From an uncultured Actinomycetota bacterium (GTDB taxonomy: Bacteria; Actinomycetota; Actinomycetes; DATJPE01): 64,000 nt of DNA. The notes under the pieces were generated by a model, which made no database searches, was not told the origin of the DNA, and worked only from the letters and a program-made list of their open reading frames with translations. The stretch is from NCBI GenBank assembly GCA_963820065.1, contig CAWFYM010000013.1, positions 5,835 to 69,834 on the forward strand. The letters run 5' to 3'. A program made the translations under genes and the position numbers. Of the stretch, positions 10,622 to 20,724 are shown in pieces (position 1 is the stretch's first letter; each line of letters opens with the position of its first letter).

Positions 10622-12087
10622 ACAACAGCCCACGCCAGGTCAAGCACTTCATCGACGGTGCCTTTGTCGACAGCCTCGATGGAAAGACCTTCGAGTCTGT
10701 GTCGCCTATCGACAACCGCGTGGTGGCTGTCGTGGCCGAGGGGTCCACGTCCGACGCGGATCGCGCGGTCGAGTCGGCACGGCGAGCGTTCGACGAGGGA
10801 CCATGGCCCCGAATGAGCCCGGCCCAGCGTCGCGTGATTCTCTACCGCGCCGCGGCCTTGATCGAGGATCGACTCGAGGACCTGGCTTCGTGGGAAACCC
10901 TCGACATGGGAAAGCCGATCAGCGAGGCACGGGCCAAGGACGTGCCGCGGACGGCGTACAACTTCCGGTTCTTCGCCGACCTGGCCGAGCACGCCCACAG
11001 CGAGGCCTTCCCCAAACCATGGGACCGGGTGCTGACCTACACGATCCGCGAGCCCGTGGGGGTGTCCGCGTGTATCGCGCCCTGGAACTTCCCGCTCATG
11101 CTCGAGTCTTGGAAGGTCGCCCCTGCTCTGGCGTTCGGCAACACGGTGGTCCTCAAACCGGCTGAGCAAAGCCCTGTCACCGCGTCGATGCTCGTGGAGT
11201 GCTTCGCCGACGCGGGGATGCCGGACGGAGTGTTCAACGTCGTGCAGGGCTTCGGTCCCGGCGCTGCGGGCGAGCGGTTGACGACACACCCTGGCGTCGA
11301 CCTGATCACGTTCACCGGTGAGAGCGCCACGGGCAAGACGATCATGGCGAACGCTGCTGGCACGCTGAAGCGGTGCTCCTTCGAGCTGGGGGGAAAGAGC
11401 GCAAGCATCGTCATGGCGGACGCCGATCTCGACCTCGCGTTGGCCGGCACGATCGACGGCATCTTCCGCAACCAAGGCGAAGTTTGTCTGGCTGGCTCGC
11501 GGTTACTGGTGCAGCGGCCAGTCTACGAGGAGTTCCTCGCGCGCTACGTCGATGCAGCCGAGGCCCTCGTCGTCGGGGATCCGCGGGAACCGGAGACCCA
11601 CGTAGGGCCGATGGTGTCCACCGAGCACCTGGACAAGGTCATGTCCTACGTGGAGCTCGCACAGGGTGAAGGCGCCAAGCTCATGACCGGGGGAACGCGC
11701 GTCACGTCGGGCCACCTCGGAGCGGGAAACTTCATCGCCCCGACCGTTTTTGCCGACGTTGACAACTCCGGACGAGTCGCACAGGAGGAGGTGTTCGGAC
11801 CGCTCCAGGTCGTCATGCCGTTCGACACCGTCGACGAGGCGATCGCCTTGGCCAACAACAGTCGCTACGGCCTCGCCGGGATGGTCTGGACGACCAATCT
11901 CAACACGGCGCACCGCGTCGCGCACGAGGTCCGTACCGGAACGATGTGGGTGAACTGCTTCTTCGTCCGAGATCTGCGCGCCCCCTTCGGTGGCATGAAG
12001 GACTCCGGTCTCGGCCGTGAAGGCGGCGCCTACTCCGAGGAGTTCTTCACCGAGGCCAAGGCAGTCGTCCTCAGGTTTCCCGAGTGA
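10618..12087 (+). CDS. 2-hydroxymuconic semialdehyde dehydrogenase (NAD+ aldehyde dehydrogenase)
   Basis: 489 aa, ALDH superfamily, GTG start overlapping the 4-OT stop. Placement matches dmpC/xylG. Confidence 0.85.
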   Translation: MNNSPRQVKHFIDGAFVDSLDGKTFESVSPIDNRVVAVVAEGSTSDADRAVESARRAFDEGPWPRMSPAQRRVILYRAAALIEDRLEDLASWETLDMGKPISEARAKDVPRTAYNFRFFADLAEHAHSEAFPKPWDRVLTYTIREPVGVSACIAPWNFPLMLESWKVAPALAFGNTVVLKPAEQSPVTASMLVECFADAGMPDGVFNVVQGFGPGAAGERLTTHPGVDLITFTGESATGKTIMANAAGTLKRCSFELGGKSASIVMADADLDLALAGTIDGIFRNQGEVCLAGSRLLVQRPVYEEFLARYVDAAEALVVGDPREPETHVGPMVSTEHLDKVMSYVELAQGEGAKLMTGGTRVTSGHLGAGNFIAPTVFADVDNSGRVAQEEVFGPLQVVMPFDTVDEAIALANNSRYGLAGMVWTTNLNTAHRVAHEVRTGTMWVNCFFVRDLRAPFGGMKDSGLGREGGAYSEEFFTEAKAVVLRFPE

Positions 12088-12464
12088 GCGAGTCTGGGGC
12101 GACGCAGCGGGTGTGCCCCGTGGGCGACCTGGCGGATGGGGCCTGCCGTCGGGCCGAGTTCGAGGGAGGCGCGGCCCTGGTCGCCATGGTCGAGGGTCGC
12201 CCGTACGCAGTCTCGGATGTATGTCTTCACCGCCAGGGTCGACTGTCCGACGGCGTGCTTCGAGACGGCGTGATCACTTGCCCCGAGCACTGGTGGCGCT
12301 ATGACGTCACGACCGGGGCGCGGACCGACGAGCCATCCGACGTTCTTGCGTCCTACCCGGCCCGGATCATCGACGGCTGGGTCGAGGTCGACGTCCCCGC
12401 GGTCGAGCCAGCGCGATCCTTGCGCGACGTCCTGCTCGCGCACGCGCGCGGCCTGGATGTGTGA
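12084..12464 (+). CDS. Rieske [2Fe-2S] ferredoxin
   Basis: 126 aa with CLHRQG...CPEHWW (CxH-x17-CxxH Rieske ligands). Translationally coupled to the dehydrogenase. Confidence 0.75.
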   Translation: MSESGATQRVCPVGDLADGACRRAEFEGGAALVAMVEGRPYAVSDVCLHRQGRLSDGVLRDGVITCPEHWWRYDVTTGARTDEPSDVLASYPARIIDGWVEVDVPAVEPARSLRDVLLAHARGLDV

Positions 12465-12493
12465 GTCGCTGCGCCGCGGGCGGTTCCTGGTCG

Positions 12494-13090
12494 TTAGCTG
12501 TGCTTGCCCACCTCCCAGCCCTTGTCACCGATCAGCTGCGAGGCCTTGGCCGTGGGGAGTTCTTCCAGGGGGGTGCCGAGTGAGTCGTTCCATCGGTTGA
12601 AGACTCCGAACATGCAGACGACCGCGAGGATCTCCACGATCTCGTCCTCGGACCAATGTTCGGCCAGCGCCCGGTAGGACTCGTCCGTGACGGCGTTGGG
12701 CACCGAGGCGGCCTCCAGCGCGAAGTCGAGCGCGACCCGCTCCTTGGCGGTGAACAGCGGGCTGGTCGGATAGTCGTAGATCGCGGCCATCTTCTGGTCG
12801 TCGATGCCGTGGCGCGTGGCACTCACGGTCGTGTGGGCCTTGCAGTACTGGCACCCCGAGGCGAAGCTGGCCATGTGGGCGACGAGTCGCTTGAGACCTA
12901 GGTCGACGCGGCCGTTGGCGTCGAACACCGCCCGGTTCAGCCCGACCACGGCTTTGGCTATGCCGGGTACGCGCTGCATCGTGAGCAGGCTGTTGGGGAC
13001 GAAGCCGAGGGTGCGCGTGAAGTGTCCTAGCGCCTCTGCGAGGTCCGGGTCGGTGCATTCCTCCAACGGGATGGGGTCCATCCGCGCCAT
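12494..13090 (-). CDS. carboxymuconolactone decarboxylase / AhpD-like family protein
   Basis: 198 aa, CQYCKAHT (AhpD-like CxxC-H motif). Confidence 0.7.
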   Translation of the reverse strand: MARMDPIPLEECTDPDLAEALGHFTRTLGFVPNSLLTMQRVPGIAKAVVGLNRAVFDANGRVDLGLKRLVAHMASFASGCQYCKAHTTVSATRHGIDDQKMAAIYDYPTSPLFTAKERVALDFALEAASVPNAVTDESYRALAEHWSEDEIVEILAVVCMFGVFNRWNDSLGTPLEELPTAKASQLIGDKGWEVGKHS

Positions 13091-13247
13091 GGGCTCGCTC
13101 CTTGGGTTCGTCGGACCGGACGCGCTGCCGACGGATCATGTTCTCAGCGGGGAGGTGTCTCCCGTACGGTCGTTCTGCTCCGCGGAACGCTAGGAGTGCC
13201 AGCCGCGGGAAACGGCTGCGCCGCGAGGTGGATTCGGGAACAATCAC

Positions 13248-14693
13248 GTGGTGACAAAGTCTGCGGCGCCCTCGGCCCATCAGCGATCTCGGCACGACCG
13301 GGTCGCGCATCTGACTCCTGACCAGCGCGTGGCGCGGGGTCGGGCGGCGCGCACCGCGGTCCCCCGCGCCAGTCACGCGGGCTTCGAGCCGCACGCCAGC
13401 CGGCGTGATCCGATCTCGATCCTCCAGGATCAGGCCGCCGCGCGGGTGCCCGAGCTCGTTCCCGTGCGCTACGGCCGGATGGCTGCCTCTCCGTTCGCCT
13501 TCTACCGCGGTGCGGCTGCTGTCATGGCCGCTGACCTGGCCAGCACGCCGCGATCCGGCCTCACGGTCCAGGCCTGCGGCGACGCGCACCTGGTGAACTT
13601 CGGCATCTACTTCTCCCCGGAACGCCAGCTCGTCTTCGACATCAACGACTTCGACGAGACCCTTCCTGGCCCCTGGGAGTGGGATGTGAAGCGCCTGGCG
13701 GCCTCGGTGGTGGTTGCCGCCCGCGCCAACGGCTTCTCCCGCAGCGATCGCGCCGACGCGGTGCGCGAGACCATGGTCGGCTACCGCACGGCGATGTCCG
13801 AGTTCGCAGCGATGCCGAACCTGGACGTCTGGTACGCGCGGTTGGACCTCTCCTCGATCATCCAGGCGCTCGAGCCACACATCGACGCCAAACGGCGCAA
13901 GTTCCTGCGCGGCGTGCAGACCAAGGCGCAGTCCCGAGACAACCTGCAGGCGTTGTCCAAGCTCACCACCGTGGTTGATGGTGAACCCCGGTTCGTCTCG
14001 ATGCCGCCGCTCATCGTCCCCATCGAGGAACTGGCCGAAGGTCAAGAGAGCGAGAAGCTGGAAGAGGCCTTGCGGGCCTGGCTGCGCGGCTATCGAGTGA
14101 CCCTCTCGGACGATCGTCGCCACCTCGTCGAGGAGTACGAGCTCCAGCACGTCGCCCGCAAGGTGGTCGGAGTCGGGAGCGTGGGTACGCGCGCGTGGGT
14201 CGCCCTCCTTCGGGGCAGGGACTCGGATGATCCGTTGCTCCTCCAGATCAAGCAGGCGCTGCCGTCTGTCCTCGAGCCGTATGTCGGTCGCAGTGCGTAT
14301 GACAACGCGGGGCGCCGTGTCGTGGCCGGTCAGCGACTCATGCAGGCGGCCAGTGACATCTTCTTGGGGTGGCACAGAGCCCAGGGGATTGACGGGCTCA
14401 GCCGTGACTTCTACGTCCGTCAGCTGCGCGACGGTAAGGGCGGATTCGACCCGACGATCCTGAAGCCGGAGGGCTTGGGCCTCTACGGCCGGACCTGCGG
14501 ATGGACCCTGGCCCGGGCGCACGCGCGATCGGGGGACTCCATCGCCATCGCCGCCTACGTCGGGACCGGGAACTCGTTCGACCGGGCCGTCCTCGCGTTC
14601 GCGGAGGCGTACGCCGACCAGAACGAACGCGACCACGCGGCCTTGGTGGCGGCCATAGCGGACGGGCGAGTGCCCGCGGTCGAAGGCGTCTGA
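13248..14693 (+). CDS. DUF2252 domain protein
   Basis: 481 aa; remembered family signature (RYGRMAASPFAFYRGAA...QACGDAHLVNFG...DINDFDET). Confidence 0.6.
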   Translation: MVTKSAAPSAHQRSRHDRVAHLTPDQRVARGRAARTAVPRASHAGFEPHASRRDPISILQDQAAARVPELVPVRYGRMAASPFAFYRGAAAVMAADLASTPRSGLTVQACGDAHLVNFGIYFSPERQLVFDINDFDETLPGPWEWDVKRLAASVVVAARANGFSRSDRADAVRETMVGYRTAMSEFAAMPNLDVWYARLDLSSIIQALEPHIDAKRRKFLRGVQTKAQSRDNLQALSKLTTVVDGEPRFVSMPPLIVPIEELAEGQESEKLEEALRAWLRGYRVTLSDDRRHLVEEYELQHVARKVVGVGSVGTRAWVALLRGRDSDDPLLLQIKQALPSVLEPYVGRSAYDNAGRRVVAGQRLMQAASDIFLGWHRAQGIDGLSRDFYVRQLRDGKGGFDPTILKPEGLGLYGRTCGWTLARAHARSGDSIAIAAYVGTGNSFDRAVLAFAEAYADQNERDHAALVAAIADGRVPAVEGV

Positions 14694-14761
14694 AGCCGTT
14701 CTCGTCAGGTGGGGTCGGCCCCGATCGCGTGGAGGCGCCCCCGACGTGTGAGGATCGTTGG

Positions 14762-15682
14762 GTGACAACGGATACGCCCTTCGACGGTTGGCCGGACGAG
14801 CTCGTGGCCCTACCCGACCACCTGACCCTCAATGTCCGCGCGGCCCCGGCGGCTGAGGATGCCCAGCCTGCGGTGCTGGTGCATGGACTCGGCGGCTCCT
14901 CCCTCAACTGGACCGCCCTCATGGGCCTGATGGGAGATCGCCTGGACAGCCGGGCTCCGGATCTTCCCGGCTTCGGGCACAGCCCACCGCCGCATGACGG
15001 GGACTACAGCCTCGGTGGACACGCCCGCGCGGTCATCTACCTGATCGAGTCGGCCGGGCGAGGCCCGGTTCACCTGTTCGGCAACTCGATGGGCGGTGCC
15101 ATCGCCACCACGGTGGCCGCAGACCGACCGGATCTGGTGCGAACGCTCACCTTGGTGTCACCCGCCTTGCCAGACCTGGCTCCCGGGCGCTGGCGCTCTC
15201 AGGTCGTCCTCCTGGCCGCACCAGGGCTCGGCCCGCTGGTGGCGCGCAAGGTGGCCGAGCTGTCGCCGCAGAAGCGGGTCGATGCCCTCATCGAGCTGTG
15301 CTTCGCCGAGCCAGGCGCGGTCCCGGACGAGTGGCGTGCTGCCGCCGAGCGCGACGTGGCGGCTCGTCAGCGGCTGCCGTACGGCCCCGACGCCGTGGTG
15401 CGCTCGACGCACGGGATCGTCCGTGCGTACCTCGACCGAAGCAAGAACTCCTTGTGGGCCAAGGCGTCTCGGGTAGAGGCGCCGACCTTGCTGGTGTACG
15501 GGAACCAGGACCGTCTGGTCCGACCGGCCATGGCGGCGCGAGCGAAGAACACCTTCCGGAACAGCCAGGCTGTGATCCTTCCGGCGACCGGGCACGTCGC
15601 TCAGATCGAGCGGCCAGCCGTGGTGGCCCGGCTGGTCGGTGAGCACCTCGACCGTTACGCCCGATCCGCCGTTGCAGGCTGA
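14762..15682 (+). CDS. alpha/beta hydrolase fold protein
   Basis: In-frame GTG 14762 after the upstream stop (listed ORF 14501.. overlaps the upstream gene). HGLGGSS...GNSMGG nucleophile elbow. Confidence 0.75.
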   Translation: MTTDTPFDGWPDELVALPDHLTLNVRAAPAAEDAQPAVLVHGLGGSSLNWTALMGLMGDRLDSRAPDLPGFGHSPPPHDGDYSLGGHARAVIYLIESAGRGPVHLFGNSMGGAIATTVAADRPDLVRTLTLVSPALPDLAPGRWRSQVVLLAAPGLGPLVARKVAELSPQKRVDALIELCFAEPGAVPDEWRAAAERDVAARQRLPYGPDAVVRSTHGIVRAYLDRSKNSLWAKASRVEAPTLLVYGNQDRLVRPAMAARAKNTFRNSQAVILPATGHVAQIERPAVVARLVGEHLDRYARSAVAG

Positions 15683-15684
15683 AC

Positions 15685-16587
15685 GTGGACGCTGAGCTGG
15701 AGGCTGTCCTCGACAGCTTTCCGGTTCTGGCCGGTCGCGGGCGCGTCGTCGACGAGCTGGCGGGCGGTCTGTCCAACCGCAGCGTCCGGGTCCGCACCAG
15801 CGAGGGGTGCTACGTCGTCCGTCTCGGGTCGGGTGCCGTGGGTCGGGGCGTCGACCGCGAGCAAGAGCTTCGGGCCAGCGCCGCGGCCGCCGACGTCGGC
15901 GCGGGCCCTGCCGTGCTCGACCACCGGACCGACCCAGATGTGTGGATCCGCGGATGGGTCGAGGGACGAGCGCTCACCAGCGATGACCTTGAGGACGAGG
16001 CGCGCCTCGGCCGGGTCGCGCAGGCGTTGACGCGTCTGCACGCGGCCGTCGGGTTGGTCGGGTCCTTCGACCTCGCCGGCCACAGGGAGACCTGCCTCGA
16101 GCGAGTGAGTCAGGGGGCGGCCGCCCTGCCTGACTGGTACCTCACGGTCCTGCCCCAGGTGCGGCGGCTGGAGCGGGTCCTGGCCGCAGAACCGGAAGGT
16201 CTAGTGGCGTCGCACAACGACCTGGTGCCGGGGAACCTCATCGACGACGGGACGACCGTGTGGGTCATCGACCTCGAGCACGCGGCACCGAACGAGCCCA
16301 GCTTCGACCTCGGGACCCTCATGGTCGAGGGCAGCCTCGGCGATGACGCGGCCGCCTCCCTGATCGCGGCCTACTGGGGGTCGCCGTCCCCGCGCAAGTA
16401 CGCCCGAGCCCGCGCCTGGGGCGAGCTCGCGCGCTACACCTGGATCGCCTGGGCTCTGGCCCAGCCGGTCGAACCCGGCGCCACCGACTGGCGGGGGTGG
16501 GCAGTCGAGCGGTACGACTCGGTGAGGGCTGCTCTGACCGGCGACTCGTACGACGATCTCCTGGCTGGCGTCTCCGCTCCGCGCTGA
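15685..16587 (+). CDS. phosphotransferase (APH/choline-kinase-like) family protein
   Basis: 300 aa; SHNDLVPGNLI...VIDLEHA catalytic loop/DxE motifs typical of APH-fold kinases. Confidence 0.65.
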   Translation: MDAELEAVLDSFPVLAGRGRVVDELAGGLSNRSVRVRTSEGCYVVRLGSGAVGRGVDREQELRASAAAADVGAGPAVLDHRTDPDVWIRGWVEGRALTSDDLEDEARLGRVAQALTRLHAAVGLVGSFDLAGHRETCLERVSQGAAALPDWYLTVLPQVRRLERVLAAEPEGLVASHNDLVPGNLIDDGTTVWVIDLEHAAPNEPSFDLGTLMVEGSLGDDAAASLIAAYWGSPSPRKYARARAWGELARYTWIAWALAQPVEPGATDWRGWAVERYDSVRAALTGDSYDDLLAGVSAPR

Positions 16588-16664
16588 GCCCCCCAGCAGC
16601 CCGCGCCCCGATCGCGGCGGTCGCCCCCGCCGCGCGCTGGCGCGCCGGGCGTCATGATGGAGGA

Positions 16665-17381
16665 GTGACCGTCCCGCACACGCTGCTGCGTCCCCAGCGA
16701 GGAGGCAACGCCTTCGAGACGACGGTCGAGCGGCTGGTGCAGACCATCAAGCTGGGCGTGGTGGCCACCGGCGAGCGGCTGCCCCCCGAGCGGGAGCTGG
16801 CGGACGCCCTTCAGGTGGGTCGCACGACCCTTCGCGAGGCCTTGGAGGCCCTGCGGAAGGCCGGATACGTCGAGACCCGCCGGGGACGAGGCGGCGGCAC
16901 CTTCGTCCTGTACGACCCGGACGTGCATCGAGGCGCGGACGCGGGGTCGATCGCGCGTGACATGGGGGAGGGGCTCTCGGATGCCCTGGACTTTCGTCGG
17001 GTCGTCGAGCCGGGCGCGGCTGGGTTGGCCGCGACGAGAGATCTGTCCGCTGCGGAGCGCGCCCGTTTGCGCGAAACCCTGCTCGCGTGCACCGACGCGT
17101 CCGCGGACTCTCTTCGCAGGGGTGCCGACAGCAAGCTGCACCTGCTCATCGCCGAGCTCGCTGGCTCTGACCTGCTCCTTGCAGCGGTGGCCGATGTCCA
17201 GCTGCGGGTGGGCCAACTGCTGGCGGCCATCCCCGTGCTCGAGCGAAACATCGTCCACTCAGACGCCCAGCACACGGTCGTCGTCGAGGCGGTCCTTGCG
17301 GGAGACACGGGCCGGGCGCGGCTGGCGATGGAGGAGCACTGTGACGCGACCTCGGCTTTGCTGAGAGGGTTCTTGTCGTGA
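16665..17381 (+). CDS. GntR family (FadR/FCD subfamily) transcriptional regulator
   Basis: GTG 16665 in frame of listed ORF 16497... GntR HTH (GERLPPERELADALQVGRTTLREAL) plus FCD C-terminal domain. Confidence 0.75.
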   Translation: MTVPHTLLRPQRGGNAFETTVERLVQTIKLGVVATGERLPPERELADALQVGRTTLREALEALRKAGYVETRRGRGGGTFVLYDPDVHRGADAGSIARDMGEGLSDALDFRRVVEPGAAGLAATRDLSAAERARLRETLLACTDASADSLRRGADSKLHLLIAELAGSDLLLAAVADVQLRVGQLLAAIPVLERNIVHSDAQHTVVVEAVLAGDTGRARLAMEEHCDATSALLRGFLS

Positions 17382-18274
17382 CAGGCACCCGCGGTGACCC
17401 TGACGGCCTGGTCAGACTGGCCGACGAGGTCGGATCACTTGACCGGCCGGTGCTCGTGCACGCCTTGACGGGTTTCGTCGACGCCGGCGGCGCCGTACAG
17501 CTGACCGCTGACCATCTGTTGTCGTCGCTGCCGCACCGCGACGTGGCGACCTTCGACGTGGACGTGCTCCATGACTATCGCGCGCGTCGACCGCCGATGG
17601 TCTTTGTGGAGGACCACTGGGAGAGCGTCGACGCGCCATCGCTCACCGTGAAGGCCGTCACCGATCCTTCCGGTAAGGACTTCTTGCTCATGGTCGGGCC
17701 CGAACCGGACAACCAGTGGGAGCGCTTCATCGGCGCCGTGGCCTGGCTGGTCGGCGAGTTGGACGTCTCGCTCACCGTCGGGCTGACGGCGATTCCCATG
17801 GGCATCCCTCACACCCGACCGGTTCGGCTGACAGCGCACGCGACCCGAGCCGAGCTGGTCTCCGGCTACACCCCTTGGGTCGGCACCGTCGTCGTGCCAG
17901 GCAGCGCGGGCAACCTCCTGGAGTTCCGCTTCGGCGAGCGCGGGCTGGACGCGATGGGGCTGGTGGCCGGCGTCCCCCACTACCTGGTCCAGGTGCCTTA
18001 CCCGCCAGCCAGCGTGGCGCTCATCGAAGGACTGGCGGGGGCCGCGGGGCTGACGCTGCCGGACGCGGACCTTCGGGAAGCCGGGGAGCAGACCCGGATC
18101 GCGGTCGACAGCCAGCTGAGCGACTCCACCGAGGGGGCGGCGCTCGTGGAAAGTCTGGAGCAGCAGTACGACGCTGGGCTGGCGGCCAGCGAGCTGCCCA
18201 CCGCTGATGAACTGGGGGCCGAGCTCGAGCGGTTCCTCGCCAATCAGCCACGACCCGATGACCCGCGCGGCTGA
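17378..18274 (+). CDS. PAC2 (proteasome assembly chaperone-like) family protein
   Basis: 298 aa, family recalled from sequence character. Overlaps the GntR stop. Confidence 0.5.
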   Translation: MTGTRGDPDGLVRLADEVGSLDRPVLVHALTGFVDAGGAVQLTADHLLSSLPHRDVATFDVDVLHDYRARRPPMVFVEDHWESVDAPSLTVKAVTDPSGKDFLLMVGPEPDNQWERFIGAVAWLVGELDVSLTVGLTAIPMGIPHTRPVRLTAHATRAELVSGYTPWVGTVVVPGSAGNLLEFRFGERGLDAMGLVAGVPHYLVQVPYPPASVALIEGLAGAAGLTLPDADLREAGEQTRIAVDSQLSDSTEGAALVESLEQQYDAGLAASELPTADELGAELERFLANQPRPDDPRG

Positions 18275-18342
18275 CCCGCGTCGCTGTCGTTCCCGACCAA
18301 GCCCGTTCTCCCTCCCAACCCGATCCCGACTCGGAGGCTCTG

Positions 18343-19113
18343 ATGGCCCTTGATCGTTTGACCAACCGGGTGGCCGTCATCACCGGGGGTGCCAGTGGCA
18401 TCGGCCTCGCCTCGGCACGACGGCTGGCGTCGGAGGGCGCCCGCGTCGTCGTGGTTGACCTCAATGGTGAGGCGGGTGAACAGGTCGCGGAGGAGCTCGA
18501 TGGTCTCTTTGTCGCCGCCGACGTCACGAGCCCCGAGGACAACGCGCGAATCTATGACACTGCCGTGGAGACCTACGGGCGCGTGGACATCGCCTTCCAC
18601 AATGCTGGCATCTCCCCGCCGGAGGACGACTCGATCCTCGAGACGGGTCTGGAGGTCTGGCGGCGGGTGCAGGAGGTGAACCTCACCTCCGTCTACCTCG
18701 GCTGCCAGGCGGTGATCCCGCACATGCAGCGGCAGGGCAAGGGCTCGATCATCAACACCGCGTCGTTCGTGGCCACGATGGCTGCCGCCACCTCGCAGAT
18801 CTCCTACACCGCGTCGAAGGGTGGGGTGCTGGCCATGACACGCGAGCTGGGCGTCCAGTTCGCACGCGAGGGGATCCGGGTCAACGCGTTGTCGCCGGGA
18901 CCGGTGAACACGCCACTTCTCAAGGAGCTGTTTGCTTCGGATCCGGAGCGGGCGGCGCGGCGGCTCGTCCACATCCCGGTCGGTCGGTTCGGCGAGCCAG
19001 AGGAGATCGCTGCCGCGGTGGCCTTCCTCGCCTCGGACGACTCGTCGTTCATCACGGCGTCGAACTTCCTGGTGGACGGCGGCATCTCGGCGGCGTACGT
19101 CACTCCGCTGTAG
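18343..19113 (+). CDS. SDR family NAD(P)-dependent oxidoreductase
   Basis: VAVITGGASGIGLA (TGxxxGxG), NAG, YxxxK motifs. Confidence 0.9.
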   Translation: MALDRLTNRVAVITGGASGIGLASARRLASEGARVVVVDLNGEAGEQVAEELDGLFVAADVTSPEDNARIYDTAVETYGRVDIAFHNAGISPPEDDSILETGLEVWRRVQEVNLTSVYLGCQAVIPHMQRQGKGSIINTASFVATMAAATSQISYTASKGGVLAMTRELGVQFAREGIRVNALSPGPVNTPLLKELFASDPERAARRLVHIPVGRFGEPEEIAAAVAFLASDDSSFITASNFLVDGGISAAYVTPL

Positions 19114-19141
19114 CCGGCCGTTCTCGTCCAGGCTGGGCGAG

Positions 19142-19939
19142 CTAGAGGGGCTGGTGCACGGGGCAGAACTGGAGGGGGCGACCACCCACGACGAGGGTCA
19201 GGAGCTCGGTGCCGCAGCGCCGACAGTGCGTGCGGTGGTAGACGTAGAGCCGGTCCTCCGGCCGCATCCGGCTGACCGAGCGGCCGATCTCGGCGGGGTC
19301 GGTGGTGACGATGCGGCCAAGTCGCAGTCCGCGCTTGAGCTGGCGGACCGTCTCGTCCCACAGCGCGCCGACGTCGGCGTCGGTGAGCGAGCTCGCGGCC
19401 CGCAGAGGGTGGATGCCTTGCAGGAACAGCAGTTCTGCCCGATAGACGTTCCCGATGCCGGCGATCACCGTCTGATCAAGGAGGACCGCCCCGAGCGGCG
19501 AGCTTCGGCGACTCATGCGCTCCCGCATCCGTGGGAGGTCGGGGCGCTGACGGAGCGGGTCGGCGCCGAGGGGCTCCAGGATCGCCTTCTTCTCCGCCGG
19601 AGTCACCAGGGAACACCGCGTGGGCCCGGTGAGCTGCCAGGCGTGCTCGTCTGTGGCGAGACGCAGCCGTACGCCTGGGCCAGGGACACGGGTCGGAGGA
19701 ACGGGCTGGAACTTGCCGATGAGCCCGAGGTGGACGTGCACGATGCGCGCCGCCGGGCCGGCGCCGAAGTGCAAGAACAAGTACTTGCCCCACGCATCGG
19801 TACGGCTCAGAGCAAGCCCATCGACGAGAGCGGCGCTGTCGGCGAAGCGACCTTGGGGCGAGGTGGCACGTACCGACGTGCCCCGCAACGTCTTGCGGAG
19901 GTCACGAGCCAGCGCGTGAGTGACGTGACCTTCGGGCAT
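19142..19939 (-). CDS. nei: Fpg/Nei family DNA glycosylase (endonuclease VIII-like)
   Basis: MPEGHV N-terminus (catalytic Pro2/Glu3), H2TH region, C-terminal CRRCGTEL...C zinc finger. Confidence 0.8.
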   Translation of the reverse strand: MPEGHVTHALARDLRKTLRGTSVRATSPQGRFADSAALVDGLALSRTDAWGKYLFLHFGAGPAARIVHVHLGLIGKFQPVPPTRVPGPGVRLRLATDEHAWQLTGPTRCSLVTPAEKKAILEPLGADPLRQRPDLPRMRERMSRRSSPLGAVLLDQTVIAGIGNVYRAELLFLQGIHPLRAASSLTDADVGALWDETVRQLKRGLRLGRIVTTDPAEIGRSVSRMRPEDRLYVYHRTHCRRCGTELLTLVVGGRPLQFCPVHQPL

Positions 19940-19981
19940 GGGGCATCCATTGTCGTCGATGGCGTGTCGTCGTGTGGACGA

Positions 19982-20686
19982 TCAGGCGGGGCGAGCCGCT
20001 TCGACGAGCGCTTCGAACAGGCGCGGGTCGTCGGCGACCTCGGGGTGCCACAGCACGCCGACGGCGAACCGCTTTGTCGGGTCCTCGACCGCCTCGATGG
20101 TGTCGTCGTCGGCCCAGGCGGTCACGGTGAGGTTGCCCGCGGACTCGACGCCTTGATGGTGGTAGGACGCGACGTCGGCGCGGCTGCCGAGAAGCGAGCC
20201 GATGAGGGAGTCTTCGGCGATCCGTACGGGGTGGAGGTTGAACACTCCTACTTCGGCTCGGTGCTTCTCGTGGCCCACGACACGAGGCAGGTGCTGGTGA
20301 AGCGAGCCTCCCGCAGCGATCGCCATCAGCTGCATGCCACGACAGATGCCCAGCGTCGGGAGGTCACGGTCGAGCGCCGCGTCGAGCGCGGCCACCTCGC
20401 CGGCGTCCCGATCGGGTCGGACCCCGAGGGTCTCCGGCTCGGTGGCGGCGCCGTACAGCTCGGGTCCCAGGTCCGCACCTCCCGCCAGCAGCAACCCGTC
20501 GAGGGCACGGATCACTTCCGTCGCGTCGGCGGCGTTCGGCGGGACGATTACCACGGCGCCGCCGGCCTTCTCGACGGCCTCGACATAGGTGTAGGGAAGC
20601 AGCGCGGCCGGCATCTCCCAGGTTCCCCAGCGGGCTTGCTCGACGTAGCAGGTGATCCCGATCAGCGGGCGACGTCCCTCGGTCAT
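19982..20686 (-). CDS. gamma-glutamyl-gamma-aminobutyrate hydrolase family (class I glutamine amidotransferase-like)
   Basis: Start taken at MTEGRRPLIGITCY (ATG 20686) rather than the extended 20770. GICRGMQL nucleophile motif, HH...E C-terminal. Confidence 0.75.
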   Translation of the reverse strand: MTEGRRPLIGITCYVEQARWGTWEMPAALLPYTYVEAVEKAGGAVVIVPPNAADATEVIRALDGLLLAGGADLGPELYGAATEPETLGVRPDRDAGEVAALDAALDRDLPTLGICRGMQLMAIAAGGSLHQHLPRVVGHEKHRAEVGVFNLHPVRIAEDSLIGSLLGSRADVASYHHQGVESAGNLTVTAWADDDTIEAVEDPTKRFAVGVLWHPEVADDPRLFEALVEAARPA

Positions 20687-20724
20687 GGACCCAGTCTGAC
20701 ACCCGATTCGGCCGCCGTGATCCC

